Below, piece by piece: positions 1 to 11,016 of a stretch of DNA of 32,000 nucleotides. Source of the DNA: Edaphobacter aggregans (GTDB lineage Bacteria > Acidobacteriota > Terriglobia > Terriglobales > Acidobacteriaceae); NCBI RefSeq assembly GCF_003945235.1, contig NZ_RSDW01000001.1, positions 2,520,001-2,552,000 of the forward strand, given 5' to 3'. The stretch's first letter is position 1. Every line of letters begins with the position of its first letter. The notes beneath the pieces are model-generated. The model ran no database searches, was not told where the DNA came from, and saw only the letters and a program-made list of their open reading frames with translations. Both the position numbers and the translations under genes were made by a program.

Positions 1-366
1 ATCGACTGGCTCGTCCGCGCCTTCGGCTTCACCAAGAACTCCGTCTACATGGGCCCCCACAACACCGTCGTCCACGCCCAACTCACCTTCGGTAATGGCA
101 TGATCATGCTCGGCTCCGTCGACAATGGCAGCGAGTACGGCAAGCTCATGGCCCAACCTGACGAGATCGGCATGCGCGAAACTAAGGGCATCTACCTCGT
201 GGTCAACGACGCCGACGCCACCCACGCCACCGCCAAAGCTGCTGGTGCAGAGATGGTCCTCGATATCCGCGATATGGACTACGGTGGACGAGCCTTCACC
301 TGCCGCGACCTCGAAGGCCACCTCTGGAACATCGGAACCTACGATCCCTGGGAACCAGCGTCCTAG
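1..366 (+). CDS. VOC (glyoxalase/bleomycin-resistance/PhnB-like) family protein, 5' end cut by the window edge
   Basis: Frame 1 is open from nt 1 (IDWLVRAFGFTKNSVY precedes the first Met at 49) to TAG 364-366. The C-terminal DMDYGGRAFTCRDLEGHLWNIGTYDPW resembles VOC/PhnB-like small proteins. C-ending codons match other + strand genes. Confidence 0.75.
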   Translation: MDWLVRAFGFTKNSVYMGPHNTVVHAQLTFGNGMIMLGSVDNGSEYGKLMAQPDEIGMRETKGIYLVVNDADATHATAKAAGAEMVLDIRDMDYGGRAFTCRDLEGHLWNIGTYDPWEPAS

Positions 367-381
367 CTCCGAGCACGCGGA

Positions 382-855
382 TTAGTATTCCAGGTTGTAA
401 GGAGCCGGATACGTCAACGTCCCGTTCGACTTCTCGTACCACATGAACAGCTTCTTCGGGCTATCGTTCACCCGCGCCGCAACAATGACTCCCGTACCAG
501 TCCTCTTCGAGATATCGACATGGTGCGACTTGATCGGCCCCCAGTCGCTCTCCGTCGTCCAATCCTCGGTAAACCGCTTCAACGTGTAGTCATACTTTTG
601 CGGATGCTGCTTCCAGTCAGGATCGTTCATCCAGATAGCGTAGGCCTTATCGTAATCCTTCGCCTCAAGCGCCGTCAGAAACTGATCCACGCGGTGTTCC
701 GCAGGCAGCGTCGAGAAGAACCATCCATGCCCCAGCAGAAAACCTCCCACCCCAATCACCGCCGTCAGCAGCACCAGCACTCCAGCGCCAATCAGCACAT
801 TGCGCTTCGTGTTCTCCTTGCGCTTGTCATACTGCGGCGCATTCAGCAAAGTCAT
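382..855 (-). CDS. hypothetical membrane-anchored protein (one N-terminal TM helix, soluble C-terminal domain)
   Basis: ATG at 853-855 with GAGGGA upstream; TAA at 382-384. Hydrophobic helix VLIGAGVLVLLTAVIGVGGFLLG. G-ending codon dialect typical of - strand genes here. No family recognised. Confidence 0.7.
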   Translation of the reverse strand: MTLLNAPQYDKRKENTKRNVLIGAGVLVLLTAVIGVGGFLLGHGWFFSTLPAEHRVDQFLTALEAKDYDKAYAIWMNDPDWKQHPQKYDYTLKRFTEDWTTESDWGPIKSHHVDISKRTGTGVIVAARVNDSPKKLFMWYEKSNGTLTYPAPYNLEY

Positions 856-919
856 CGCTTATCCCTCAAAACTCTCGAACTATATTAGACGCAGTTTTTG
901 TCTCGCGCGGATACGTCCT

Positions 920-1423
920 TCAACCTATCCCTGGCTCAACCCACCCCTTCATCGCCCGCAGGTGATGCTGCATATGCGCCACATAATCCTCAATCAGAAA
1001 CCCGAGCGTAATCGGCGATCCCGCAACCTCGCCACGATGCGCCAGGGTGCTCTTCTCCAGATGTGCAATCGTCCACACAACATGCTCATTCAGAGCGAAC
1101 CACAGCCCCAGCACCTCGGCCCAATCGCGTTCGGCATAATGCTGCGCTCGAACCCACTCCATCTGGTCGTATCCCGGCAGATATTGATCCGGATCGCGCT
1201 GCATCCGCACAATGCGCCCCAGATTATTCACCGCCGAATCCGTCAGGTGTCCCACCACCTGCTTCACTGACCACTGGCCCTCGTTCTCCGATTGGCTCGC
1301 ATCTTCCTCCGACAGCGTAGCCAGCCACGGCATCGCCCCGCGCACTACCCTCGCCAGCCGCTCACTCAACTCCACCGGCTCAAGCCACAGCGGATCAGTT
1401 CCCTGTGTATATGTCACGCCCAT
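920..1423 (-). CDS. DinB-family (DinB/YfiT-like metal-dependent) protein
   Basis: 167 aa with His motifs VVGHLTDSA and YVAHMQHHL, typical of the DinB four-helix bundle His triad. The ATG at 1421-1423 overlaps the upstream YraN stop by 10 nt. Confidence 0.8.
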   Translation of the reverse strand: MGVTYTQGTDPLWLEPVELSERLARVVRGAMPWLATLSEEDASQSENEGQWSVKQVVGHLTDSAVNNLGRIVRMQRDPDQYLPGYDQMEWVRAQHYAERDWAEVLGLWFALNEHVVWTIAHLEKSTLAHRGEVAGSPITLGFLIEDYVAHMQHHLRAMKGWVEPGIG

Positions 1424-1872
1424 CCAAACGCCCCCTTGTACACCTCAAACTCAGCCCCCGATTCCTGCAAGTATACCGAGACCACATCAAACCGTACCGG
1501 CACCTCTTCCTGCAACTCCTTAGGAAATCCCCACAGATAAGCTCGCGCCATCCTCCGCAGCATCCGTTGTTTGTCGTGATCCACGGCAACCTCGGCCGCA
1601 GCCGTATCTCGCCCCGTCCGCGTCTTAACCTCCACAAAGCACAACCACTCCCCATCCCACCCAATTAAATCCACATCGCCCCGCAGCTTCCCACTCGTCC
1701 ACCGCTGCGCCACCACCGTATAGCCCATCTTCCGCAGATGGAACAGCGCCTCCCGCTCTCCTCGCGCCCCTATCACTAAATTCCGGGGCTCCTGCACGCC
1801 TCGCCCAAGCCGCTCCGCCAGAGCATCCAGCCCGCGCAGCATCCTAGCCTGTAAATTGATCCACCCATTCAT
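1414..1872 (-). CDS. YraN/UPF0102 family endonuclease-like protein
   Basis: GARGEREALFHLRKMGYTVVAQRW...GDVDLIGWDGEWLCFVEVKTR matches the YraN pattern (GE..A...L...G....N.....GE.DLI......FVEVK.R). I chose ATG 1870-1872 (MNGWINLQ) because it avoids overlapping the upstream gene. The ORF is open up to 1950. Confidence 0.8.
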   Translation of the reverse strand: MNGWINLQARMLRGLDALAERLGRGVQEPRNLVIGARGEREALFHLRKMGYTVVAQRWTSGKLRGDVDLIGWDGEWLCFVEVKTRTGRDTAAAEVAVDHDKQRMLRRMARAYLWGFPKELQEEVPVRFDVVSVYLQESGAEFEVYKGAFGWA

Positions 1873-1892
1873 GTCAGCAGCATATCCCAGCC

Positions 1893-2882
1893 TCAGAGCA
1901 CTACATGGCTCCGTGCATCTCGAGGAGCCGTCCCATACAACCGCCCCCACGCCCTCCGCAACTGCCGCGTCGACCCAAATCCCGCCCGTTCTGCCACCTG
2001 TTCCATGTCCAGATTCGTCTGACTGATCAACTCCCGCGCCAACGCCACCCGCAAGCCATTTTTATAGTCCGAGATGCTCATCCCGGCATACTCCTGAAAC
2101 AGTCGCGTCAGATGCCGACTGCTCGCTCCCGCGATCCTCGCCAGCGCCCCCAGAGTCCATCCCTTTGCTGGATCCGCAATCATCGCATCCTGCGCCCGAT
2201 GCACCACCGGGTGCAGATGATTCCTTCCTTCAAGCCACGGCGACATCTGCGGATCCGATCCGCTCCGCCGCAGATACACCACCAGAAACCGCGCGATCGA
2301 AACCGCCAACGCATGATCTGTCATCTGGCTCACAATATGCAGCATCAGGTCGACACCCGCCGTCACCCCCGCGCTCGAGTACCTCTCCCCATCCTCCACA
2401 TACAACCGGTTCTCCAACACCCGGGCGTTCGGAGCCACCTCAGCCAGCTCCGCGCACGAGCTGTGATGCGTCGTACACGAGTACCCATCCAGCAGACCCG
2501 CCTTTCCTGCCAGCAGCGCCCCCGAGCAAATCGACACCACCTTATGCCCCGGACGCACATGCGCCCGCAGCCACTTCACAATTGCGGCCCCACCCGCATC
2601 ATCACGCTTCGGAGCCGCCTGCCCAGCCGGCATCATCATGTAGTCCACATCGCCCGGCAGCACGACCATCGCATCGCCCGGCAACGTCTCCGGCAGTGGC
2701 TCAATCTCCGCCAACGTCATCCCGACCGAGCTCACCACCGAAGCCGACGGTCCGACATACCTCACGTCAAACCGCACCTCCGACTGATCGCGGTTGGCCA
2801 CGCGCAACACCTCTAGCGGACCGGCCATATCCAGCAGCAGCATCCGCGGAGGCACCACGACATACACGGGAATTCGCTTCAT
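1893..2882 (-). CDS. GlxA-type transcriptional regulator (DJ-1/PfpI-like N-domain + AraC HTH)
   Basis: N-terminal DJ-1/PfpI-like VVSICSGALLAGKAGLLDG and C-terminal AraC HTH (LARIAGASSRHLTRLFQEYAGMSISDYKNGLRVALAREL). The first in-frame ATG is 2880-2882 (MKRIPVYVVV); the track start at 2900 is a TTG codon. Confidence 0.85.
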   Translation of the reverse strand: MKRIPVYVVVPPRMLLLDMAGPLEVLRVANRDQSEVRFDVRYVGPSASVVSSVGMTLAEIEPLPETLPGDAMVVLPGDVDYMMMPAGQAAPKRDDAGGAAIVKWLRAHVRPGHKVVSICSGALLAGKAGLLDGYSCTTHHSSCAELAEVAPNARVLENRLYVEDGERYSSAGVTAGVDLMLHIVSQMTDHALAVSIARFLVVYLRRSGSDPQMSPWLEGRNHLHPVVHRAQDAMIADPAKGWTLGALARIAGASSRHLTRLFQEYAGMSISDYKNGLRVALARELISQTNLDMEQVAERAGFGSTRQLRRAWGRLYGTAPRDARSHVVL

Positions 2883-2896
2883 CCGTGCCTTTATCC

Positions 2897-3463
2897 TCAA
2901 GCAGCCAACTCTCGCGCCGCGCCATCAAGCGCCTCTTCGACCGTGACGATCCGCGCAAACCGGCCGTCCAACACCAACTCCGTGCGTTCCTTGATCTGCG
3001 CCGGACTCCAAACCTTCCCCTGCCGGTCCGTCATCGTAAACGTAAGCGTCGCCTCCGTGACATAGTCCACATCGTAGCCCATATCGGACGCATGACGAGT
3101 CGTCGTCTCACAGCATTGCTCCGTGCGGATGCCGGACACAATCAGCCGTCGAATCCCTTGCTGAATCAGCCACACATCCAGACCGCTCCCGACCAGTGCG
3201 CTATGGCTACGCTTCTGAAAGACAACATCCGGCACAATTGAAAGTCCCGACATCGTCCTCACATGACCCGATGCCAACGAGAAGACACCTTCCTCTTCCA
3301 CATGGAAGACCTGAACCACAGGAATCCCATTGGCCCGAGCGCCATCGATCAATCGTTGAAGGCGATCTAAAAACTTCCCTGCATCTCGATCGTCCCAATA
3401 AGGCCGATGCCGGAAGGACTCTTGCGCATCGACAACAATCAGTGCGGTTCGCGAATCAAACAT
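2897..3463 (-). CDS. isochorismatase-family cysteine hydrolase
   Basis: ALIVVDAQESF (catalytic Asp region) and IVSGIRTEQCCETTTRHA (catalytic Cys region). Lies 14 nt upstream of the GlxA-type regulator on the same strand. Confidence 0.85.
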   Translation of the reverse strand: MFDSRTALIVVDAQESFRHRPYWDDRDAGKFLDRLQRLIDGARANGIPVVQVFHVEEEGVFSLASGHVRTMSGLSIVPDVVFQKRSHSALVGSGLDVWLIQQGIRRLIVSGIRTEQCCETTTRHASDMGYDVDYVTEATLTFTMTDRQGKVWSPAQIKERTELVLDGRFARIVTVEEALDGAARELAA

Positions 3464-3483
3464 ACAATTGGCTCCTTTTGCAG

Positions 3484-3501
3484 GACGACGCTACCGTCGT
3501 C
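3484..3501. promoter_or_regulatory. perfect palindrome GACGACG-CTAC-CGTCGTC about 20 nt upstream of the isochorismatase start
   Basis: Read directly: gacgacg (3484-3490), ctac, cgtcgtc (3495-3501). Could be an operator or a 5' UTR hairpin; function not shown. Confidence 0.3.
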
Positions 3502-3650
3502 ATTGAGCCAATCCTATGCTGCTCTCGTTCCACTCGAAAGACATCTTAGAGCCGAAGACCGGACAAAAAAGGACATCGTCATTAGCCGCCTCCCAGGGAA
3601 AACGGGAAAGCTGTCGACAAAACGTAAACCCTTGCGAGTCACGCTCAACA

Positions 3651-5429
3651 TCAGTTGCCCGCAGCAGAGGCCTTCGCGGACTTCTGCGACTGAATCCAAC
3701 TGCTAGTGCGAGCGTCGAGCATATCGAGCGGGAGCGCCCCGCCACTAAGAATCTCGTCGTGGAAGGTACGTATATCAAACTTGGGGCCGAGCTCCTTTTT
3801 AGCGCGCTCGCGGAGCTCAATGATCTTGAGCTGGCCGAGCTTGTAAGCGCAGGCCTGCGCAGGCCATGCGATGTAGCGGTCTGTCTCGGACTGGATCAAC
3901 GGCTCATTCACATCATTCTTGCGCATATACTCCACAACCTGATCGCGCGACCAACCCTGCGCATGGATGCCTGTGTCGACGACAAGACGAACGGCGCGGA
4001 AGAGTTCGGAGTTGAGGCGGCCGTAGTCGCTGACCGGATCCTGATAGAAGCCCACCTCTTTGCCTAGCTGTTCAGCATAGAGAGCCCAGCCTTCGGTGTA
4101 GGCGCTGAAGCCGGCGTGGAGGCGGAACTTAGGCAAACCCTTGAGCTGCTGCTGGACGGAACGCTGCATGTGGTGGCCCGGGATACCTTCGTGATAAGCG
4201 ACGGCCTCGTCCTCCAACAGAGTGCGGTGAGCGAAATCGCTGGTCGCGACGACGACGCGGCCGGGACGCTTCCCATCGGGCGTACCGGTCTGATAGTGGG
4301 TCGAGTCCGCCGATTGGAACGCAGGAATGGCTTCAACAGTGACAGGACTACCCGGAATAAAGGTGAAGAGATCGGGAAGCTTCGGCTGCATCTGAGCAAT
4401 GTAGTGTCGGTAGTCGTCCAGAATCTGCTCAGACGAAGTAGGAGTCCACTTCGGATTGCTATTGATGGAGGCCCGGAATGCAGCCAAATCCGCAAAGCCT
4501 GCCTTGTGGGCGAGCGTCGTCATCTCGGCGGTGATGCGAGCGACCTCGTTCAGTCCAAGGGTGTGGATCTGATCAGGCGTGAGATCGGTGGACGTACGCG
4601 CACGAATGTCATTCTGGTACCGCTTGGCGCCCCCGGGCAGCGACGAGACAGCGAGGACGGTACGGCCATGCGGAGCATAGTCATTAGCGATGAACGCCGC
4701 GAAGTTGCGGTAAGCAGGGAGCACATCATCGTTGACCGCGGCAGTAATCCCAGCAGTCAGACGCTTCTGATCTTCAGGCGAGATACTCGCTGGAAACTTC
4801 TTCGTAGGGATAAGAAAGGGGTCAGCCTCGACGATTCCGTTGCACTGGCCCGGAACCTTTTCGAGCAGGAAGCGCACGGGCATCAGGTTATCTTTTAGCC
4901 CAACGCGCAATACCTCGGTCGTCTGGTTGAGCACACGCGGAATCTGGCGGAGACGCGCGATGTAGTCCTCATAGTGTTTGACCGAGTCGAAGGGCATACC
5001 GAGCGGAAGGTCGGCGAGCCCCGTATGGATGCCGTTCATCTGGTCGACTGGCATCTCGTACTCTTTGAGGTCGTAGTCGCTGAGTCGCTGCCGGATCATC
5101 CGGAGGAGCAGATCATGGGAGAGTTGGTCCTGCTCGGGAAAGCCTGCCGTGTCGATGGCGGAGAGGCGGCCAAGATACGCGATGTCGGAGTCGTGGAGTC
5201 GGACGATGGTGGCCAGCGAGTAGTCCGAAAGCTGGTCGTTATAGCGATAGTCTCCGAAGGCAGTGGCGCGCTCAGGGTGATTTTTGAGGTCGGCTTGATA
5301 CATCTCTTCAAACAGCGCGTTCTGAGCCGCAACACGAGTCCCAACGGGCTCTGGTGTGGCGCCCAGAGAGACAGAGGCAGACAAAGAGACGCAGCCGGCG
5401 AGGAAGAGAGTCAAGCTTCGGATGTGCAT
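3651..5429 (-). CDS. DUF885-family lipoprotein (putative metallopeptidase-like)
   Basis: YHEGIPGHHMQ motif typical of DUF885. ATG 5427-5429 gives MHIRSLTLFLAG|C with an L-A-G-C lipobox; the ORF track start at 5501 is GTG. Codon usage is C-ending, unlike the other - strand genes. Confidence 0.8.
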   Translation of the reverse strand: MHIRSLTLFLAGCVSLSASVSLGATPEPVGTRVAAQNALFEEMYQADLKNHPERATAFGDYRYNDQLSDYSLATIVRLHDSDIAYLGRLSAIDTAGFPEQDQLSHDLLLRMIRQRLSDYDLKEYEMPVDQMNGIHTGLADLPLGMPFDSVKHYEDYIARLRQIPRVLNQTTEVLRVGLKDNLMPVRFLLEKVPGQCNGIVEADPFLIPTKKFPASISPEDQKRLTAGITAAVNDDVLPAYRNFAAFIANDYAPHGRTVLAVSSLPGGAKRYQNDIRARTSTDLTPDQIHTLGLNEVARITAEMTTLAHKAGFADLAAFRASINSNPKWTPTSSEQILDDYRHYIAQMQPKLPDLFTFIPGSPVTVEAIPAFQSADSTHYQTGTPDGKRPGRVVVATSDFAHRTLLEDEAVAYHEGIPGHHMQRSVQQQLKGLPKFRLHAGFSAYTEGWALYAEQLGKEVGFYQDPVSDYGRLNSELFRAVRLVVDTGIHAQGWSRDQVVEYMRKNDVNEPLIQSETDRYIAWPAQACAYKLGQLKIIELRERAKKELGPKFDIRTFHDEILSGGALPLDMLDARTSSWIQSQKSAKASAAGN

Positions 5430-5553
5430 ATATAGGGGGAGGGTAGCAGATGTCACGCAAGTTATTGCATGAAACCGGCAGGACAACGCCTGAATGATCA
5501 CTCAGACTCAGGCGATGTTCTCACAAATATACGTCACCGGAACATCCGCCTAG

Positions 5554-7305
<1,752 letters not shown>

Positions 7306-7307
7306 AA

Positions 7308-7344
7308 GAGTCGGCAGATGCAAAGCAATCGCATCTGCCGACTC
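7308..7344. terminator. bidirectional stem-loop terminator between convergent pyrG and the oxidoreductase gene
   Basis: Perfect 14-bp stem gagtcggcagatgc (7308-7321) / gcatctgccgactc (7331-7344) with a 9-nt loop. It sits in the 63-nt gap between two stop codons. The U-tract is weak (tcttca). Confidence 0.75.
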
Positions 7345-7368
7345 TCTTCAACGCCCGATCAATCGGGC

Positions 7369-8373
7369 CTAATCCGCAATATCCACCACAACCTTCCCCA
7401 AAGCCTTGCCGCTCTCCACCAACGCATGCGCCGCGAGCGCCGTGCCCAGCGAAAACCGCCGCTCATCCACTAAGGGCGTCAACCTACCCGCCTCAACCAG
7501 CCTCGTAGCCTCTCGCATAATCTCCCCGTGGTGCGCTCGGCCTCTACCCGTCAACATAGGCAGCAGCGTAAACACACCCGAATACGTAGCGCCACGAAAC
7601 GACAAAGGCGCCAGCTTGTGCGTCCCCCACCCCAGGGAGCTCAGCACATGACCCGTATAGACCTTCGCCGCGACGAACGAGTCATCCAGCGTAGCCCCGC
7701 CCACCGTGTCGTACACCACATCGAACCCCTCGCCGCCCGTATGCGCCGCCATATACCGCTCGACATTAGTAGAACGGTAATCAATCGGCACAGCCCCATA
7801 GCTCTCAACAATCGCCTTCTTCTCCGCTGAAACCGTAGCAAACACCTCCGCTCCACGCGCCCTGGCAATCTGCACCGCCACATGCCCCACCCCACCGGCA
7901 CCGGCATGGATCAAAACCTTCTGCCCCGCATGAACATTTGCGCGATCGACAAGCCCTTCCCAAGCCGTAATAAACGACAACGGAATCGCAGCCGCCTGAC
8001 GCATCGTCAAATTCACCGGCTTCTTTGCCAGCAAATCACCATCAACTACCGCAAACTCCGCCAGCGATCCCTGCAATCCACCAACGCCACCAGTCAGCCC
8101 ATACACCTCATCACCCACGCTGAAGCCACTCACTCCAGCACCCAACTCCTCGACAATCCCAGCCATATCCATGCCGAGAATGGCCGGCAGCGGCTGTTTC
8201 GCATGAGCCCCGTTTCCAGTGCGAATCTTCGTATCCAGCGGATTCACCCCACTGGCCTTGATCCGCACGAGCACTTGCCCAGCCGAAGGCTTCGGCCGCT
8301 CAATCTCCGCAAAACGAAAGGGGGAGTTGTACTCGTCCAGAACTGCCGCACGCATAGTCGAAGAGATCGTCAT
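7369..8373 (-). CDS. zinc-type/MDR-family NAD(P)H quinone oxidoreductase
   Basis: MRAAVL...GQVLVRIKASGVNPLD N-domain and Rossmann motif IHAGAGGVGHVAVQIA, typical of the medium-chain dehydrogenase/reductase quinone oxidoreductase group. Confidence 0.85.
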   Translation of the reverse strand: MTISSTMRAAVLDEYNSPFRFAEIERPKPSAGQVLVRIKASGVNPLDTKIRTGNGAHAKQPLPAILGMDMAGIVEELGAGVSGFSVGDEVYGLTGGVGGLQGSLAEFAVVDGDLLAKKPVNLTMRQAAAIPLSFITAWEGLVDRANVHAGQKVLIHAGAGGVGHVAVQIARARGAEVFATVSAEKKAIVESYGAVPIDYRSTNVERYMAAHTGGEGFDVVYDTVGGATLDDSFVAAKVYTGHVLSSLGWGTHKLAPLSFRGATYSGVFTLLPMLTGRGRAHHGEIMREATRLVEAGRLTPLVDERRFSLGTALAAHALVESGKALGKVVVDIAD

Positions 8374-8422
8374 ATTTACCAGATTCTATCGACCGTGTTC
8401 CGATTCAACTAGCGCGAAGACC

Positions 8423-10231
8423 TCAACCCTGATCCATCCGCAAGCCCAGCCCCTGGTACACCACCTCCACATCCTCCAACTCCACCCGCCCAGCCTGCTC
8501 ATTCACAATCCTCCGGTGCCTCCGTCGCAACATCCCATGCACAATCGCGACGAACAACACCGCATACACCAGATGCCTCCCATTCTTCTCCATCCAACCT
8601 TCCAGGTTCACCGTGTACATAACCAGCAGCGGAAAATAGACCAGGTATGGAATCACCACAAGCGCCAGATTTCTCTGCCCCGCCGACTGCCACTTCGTAA
8701 AAGGCACAACCATAACCTTCCCAAAGAAAGCATCCGTCAGCAGCAGACTCAGTCCCACCGCGATCACAACCTGCACCGCCGTAACTCTCCATCCCCGCAA
8801 AGCCGCCGGCCCAATCGCCCGCGCGCCCGCAACTGCAGCCAAAGTAATAAGCGTGCTCCACAAAAACACCCACACCTTCGTCGCCACCAAATGATCCCGC
8901 TGAGGCCGCCCATGGATAATCCCAAACACCCAGCTCCCGCGCGCATCCACCGGAGACACCAGCGCCATACGCAATCCCGCAACAATCCAGAACGCCAACA
9001 TAGGAATCGCCGCGCGCAACCCATACTCCGTGACACCAAACCGGACATGCCCATGCCCAGGTGTAATCACAATTGCGCTGGCAATCATCAAAGTAATCCC
9101 GACGCCCCCATACATCGCCAGATACACACGATGCCGCTGCGTCCGCAAAAGGGTCTGATTGATAAAGTGATACACCGCTCGTCGCTGTGGTATTCGCAAC
9201 ACGACCGCATGCAGCAACCCACTAATCCATCTTGAAATCCATCTCTGCCGACGCGCCGCAGTGAAGCCTTCAATCAACTGCCGCGTCCGGCGTCTATAAG
9301 CCAGCGGATACGTCACAACCACCACAAGCATCGCCAGCAAAGTCGCAAAAAATCCCGTCCGCGACAACGCCGTAAACACCGGCAGTGTCGACGCTCCACC
9401 CAGCATCCGCTCATAGATCCCCAAGAACCAGAACGGCGGAAAATACCGGACCACCACGCTATCCGATTCCAACAGCGGCCGCAAAAACATCAACACCATC
9501 GGACACAAAATAAAAACCGTAAGCAGTACCATCATCGAAGCTCCCTGCAGAAGCGGCGAAAAGCTCCGCGACAACCGTTGCCCAACCACAAGGATCAACA
9601 CCCCCTGCAATCCTAGAAAAAACGCCGCGACAAACACTCCCGCCAACCCGACCGCCACAACGTGAGCAAGCAGATACCGCACAAGTCCGGGCATATCCGC
9701 CACAAACGGAAAGAACACCGCACCTAGCAGATTCATTCCCACCAAAAACATAGCCAGAAAGATCACCAACGCCGCGATCCTCGCCCAAAACAGCCTCCGG
9801 CCAGGAATCGGTAGCGTCGACAGTACAAACACATCCAGAAGTTCAGGAAACAGCAACTCCCACTCAAACACCGTCACCGCCCCCATCACCACAAACGAAT
9901 ACATCACATAGAAGTAGTGATGATTCACCTGCGACCAGAACGGCGGCTTTAAAGGACGAATCGGCGGCACTCCGTGATACACCGGATACAGAAACAGCGC
10001 AAAGAGCAGCTGCGGCACGGCAATCACAGCTGCTGCTAGAATCACCCGCTTCATCATCTCGCCTTCAGTCGACACCATGTCGTTGTTGAAGAAGCGATCC
10101 AGCAGATGCCGCACCAGCAGCTCGAACTGACTCCGCTTCGGCTGCACCACTGGTCCCATAGCCGCTTGTACCTCCAGCGATAACACCGCATGCTCCGGCT
10201 CATCAATCTGACGAATCGTCTCTTTAAGCAT
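8423..10231 (-). CDS. large polytopic membrane protein, putative permease partner of the upstream ABC ATPase
   Basis: 602 aa with many hydrophobic helices in two halves. The ATG 10229-10231 overlaps the ATPase stop by 8 nt (ATGCTTAA). No named family recognised. Confidence 0.7.
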   Translation of the reverse strand: MLKETIRQIDEPEHAVLSLEVQAAMGPVVQPKRSQFELLVRHLLDRFFNNDMVSTEGEMMKRVILAAAVIAVPQLLFALFLYPVYHGVPPIRPLKPPFWSQVNHHYFYVMYSFVVMGAVTVFEWELLFPELLDVFVLSTLPIPGRRLFWARIAALVIFLAMFLVGMNLLGAVFFPFVADMPGLVRYLLAHVVAVGLAGVFVAAFFLGLQGVLILVVGQRLSRSFSPLLQGASMMVLLTVFILCPMVLMFLRPLLESDSVVVRYFPPFWFLGIYERMLGGASTLPVFTALSRTGFFATLLAMLVVVVTYPLAYRRRTRQLIEGFTAARRQRWISRWISGLLHAVVLRIPQRRAVYHFINQTLLRTQRHRVYLAMYGGVGITLMIASAIVITPGHGHVRFGVTEYGLRAAIPMLAFWIVAGLRMALVSPVDARGSWVFGIIHGRPQRDHLVATKVWVFLWSTLITLAAVAGARAIGPAALRGWRVTAVQVVIAVGLSLLLTDAFFGKVMVVPFTKWQSAGQRNLALVVIPYLVYFPLLVMYTVNLEGWMEKNGRHLVYAVLFVAIVHGMLRRRHRRIVNEQAGRVELEDVEVVYQGLGLRMDQG

Positions 10232-10997
10232 GGGTCACCCTCATCACTTCAACCATCTCTCGCGCCACAGCCCGCGTGTCCTGCTGCTGCACTAGCTGCG
10301 CAAAGACCCGCTCCAGATTCGGCAACTCCATCAGCTTCGTCAGCTCACCCGGCGCAGCATCTGCAACGATCCTCCCTCGCGAAATCACAATCACGCGGTC
10401 GCATATCTGCTCCACCACCTCCAGCACATGCGAGATATACAGAATCGCCTTCCCCTGTGCCGCCAACTCCTGCAACAAATCTTTGAACAGCCGAGCCGTC
10501 ACCACATCCAACCCCGACAACGGTTCATCAAACACCAGCAGCTTCGGATCATGCATCAACGCCGCCGCAATCAGCACGCGCTGCTTCATCCCCTTCGAGT
10601 ACAACGCAATCGGCGAGTGCCTCCACGACTCCAGCGCCAGCAGCTTCAGCAACTCCGTCGCCTTCAACTCGATCAACCGCTCCTGCATCCCCCGTAGCCT
10701 GCCGACCAGTTGCAGATACTCAAGCCCCGTCAGATACGTGTAGACGTGCGCCTCCTCCGGCACATACCCAAACGCCGCACGAAACCCCACCAGGTCCTCG
10801 AGAATATCCTTCCCCTCAAATAGCACCCGCCCATCATTCGGCTGCAGAATCCCCGTAATAATCTTCACCGTAGTCGACTTCCCCGAACCATTCGGCCCGA
10901 GATACCCCACAATCTCGCCCGCCTGCAATCCAAAGCTCACGTCCTGAATCGCCGGAATCCCTCGATACCGCTTCGTCAGCCGCTGCAACTCGAGCAT
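10224..10997 (-). CDS. ABC transporter ATP-binding protein (ABC-2/DrrA-like subtype)
   Basis: Walker A GPNGSGKST, signature variant YSKGMKQRV, Walker B LLVFDEPLSGLD. I prefer ATG 10995-10997 (MLELQRLTKRY) because GGAGGA lies 7 nt upstream; the track start 11012 is GTG. Confidence 0.9.
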   Translation of the reverse strand: MLELQRLTKRYRGIPAIQDVSFGLQAGEIVGYLGPNGSGKSTTVKIITGILQPNDGRVLFEGKDILEDLVGFRAAFGYVPEEAHVYTYLTGLEYLQLVGRLRGMQERLIELKATELLKLLALESWRHSPIALYSKGMKQRVLIAAALMHDPKLLVFDEPLSGLDVVTARLFKDLLQELAAQGKAILYISHVLEVVEQICDRVIVISRGRIVADAAPGELTKLMELPNLERVFAQLVQQQDTRAVAREMVEVMRVTHA

Positions 10998-11016
10998 AGG
11001 CGTGTCCTCCACTCAC

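Noticed and set aside
2165-3241. 358-aa + strand ORF (with 1905-2816) across the GlxA/isochorismatase genes
   Set aside because: The P/S/A/R-rich composition has no domain pattern, and it overlaps two well-supported - strand genes.
8219-9235. 338-aa + strand ORF, plus 14024-14914, 15394-16047, 19794-20414, 24192-24770 and 26630-27421
   Set aside because: All lie antisense to or overlapping genes with clear family motifs or membrane topology. Their compositions are R/P/H-rich or G/D/V-rich antisense signatures.
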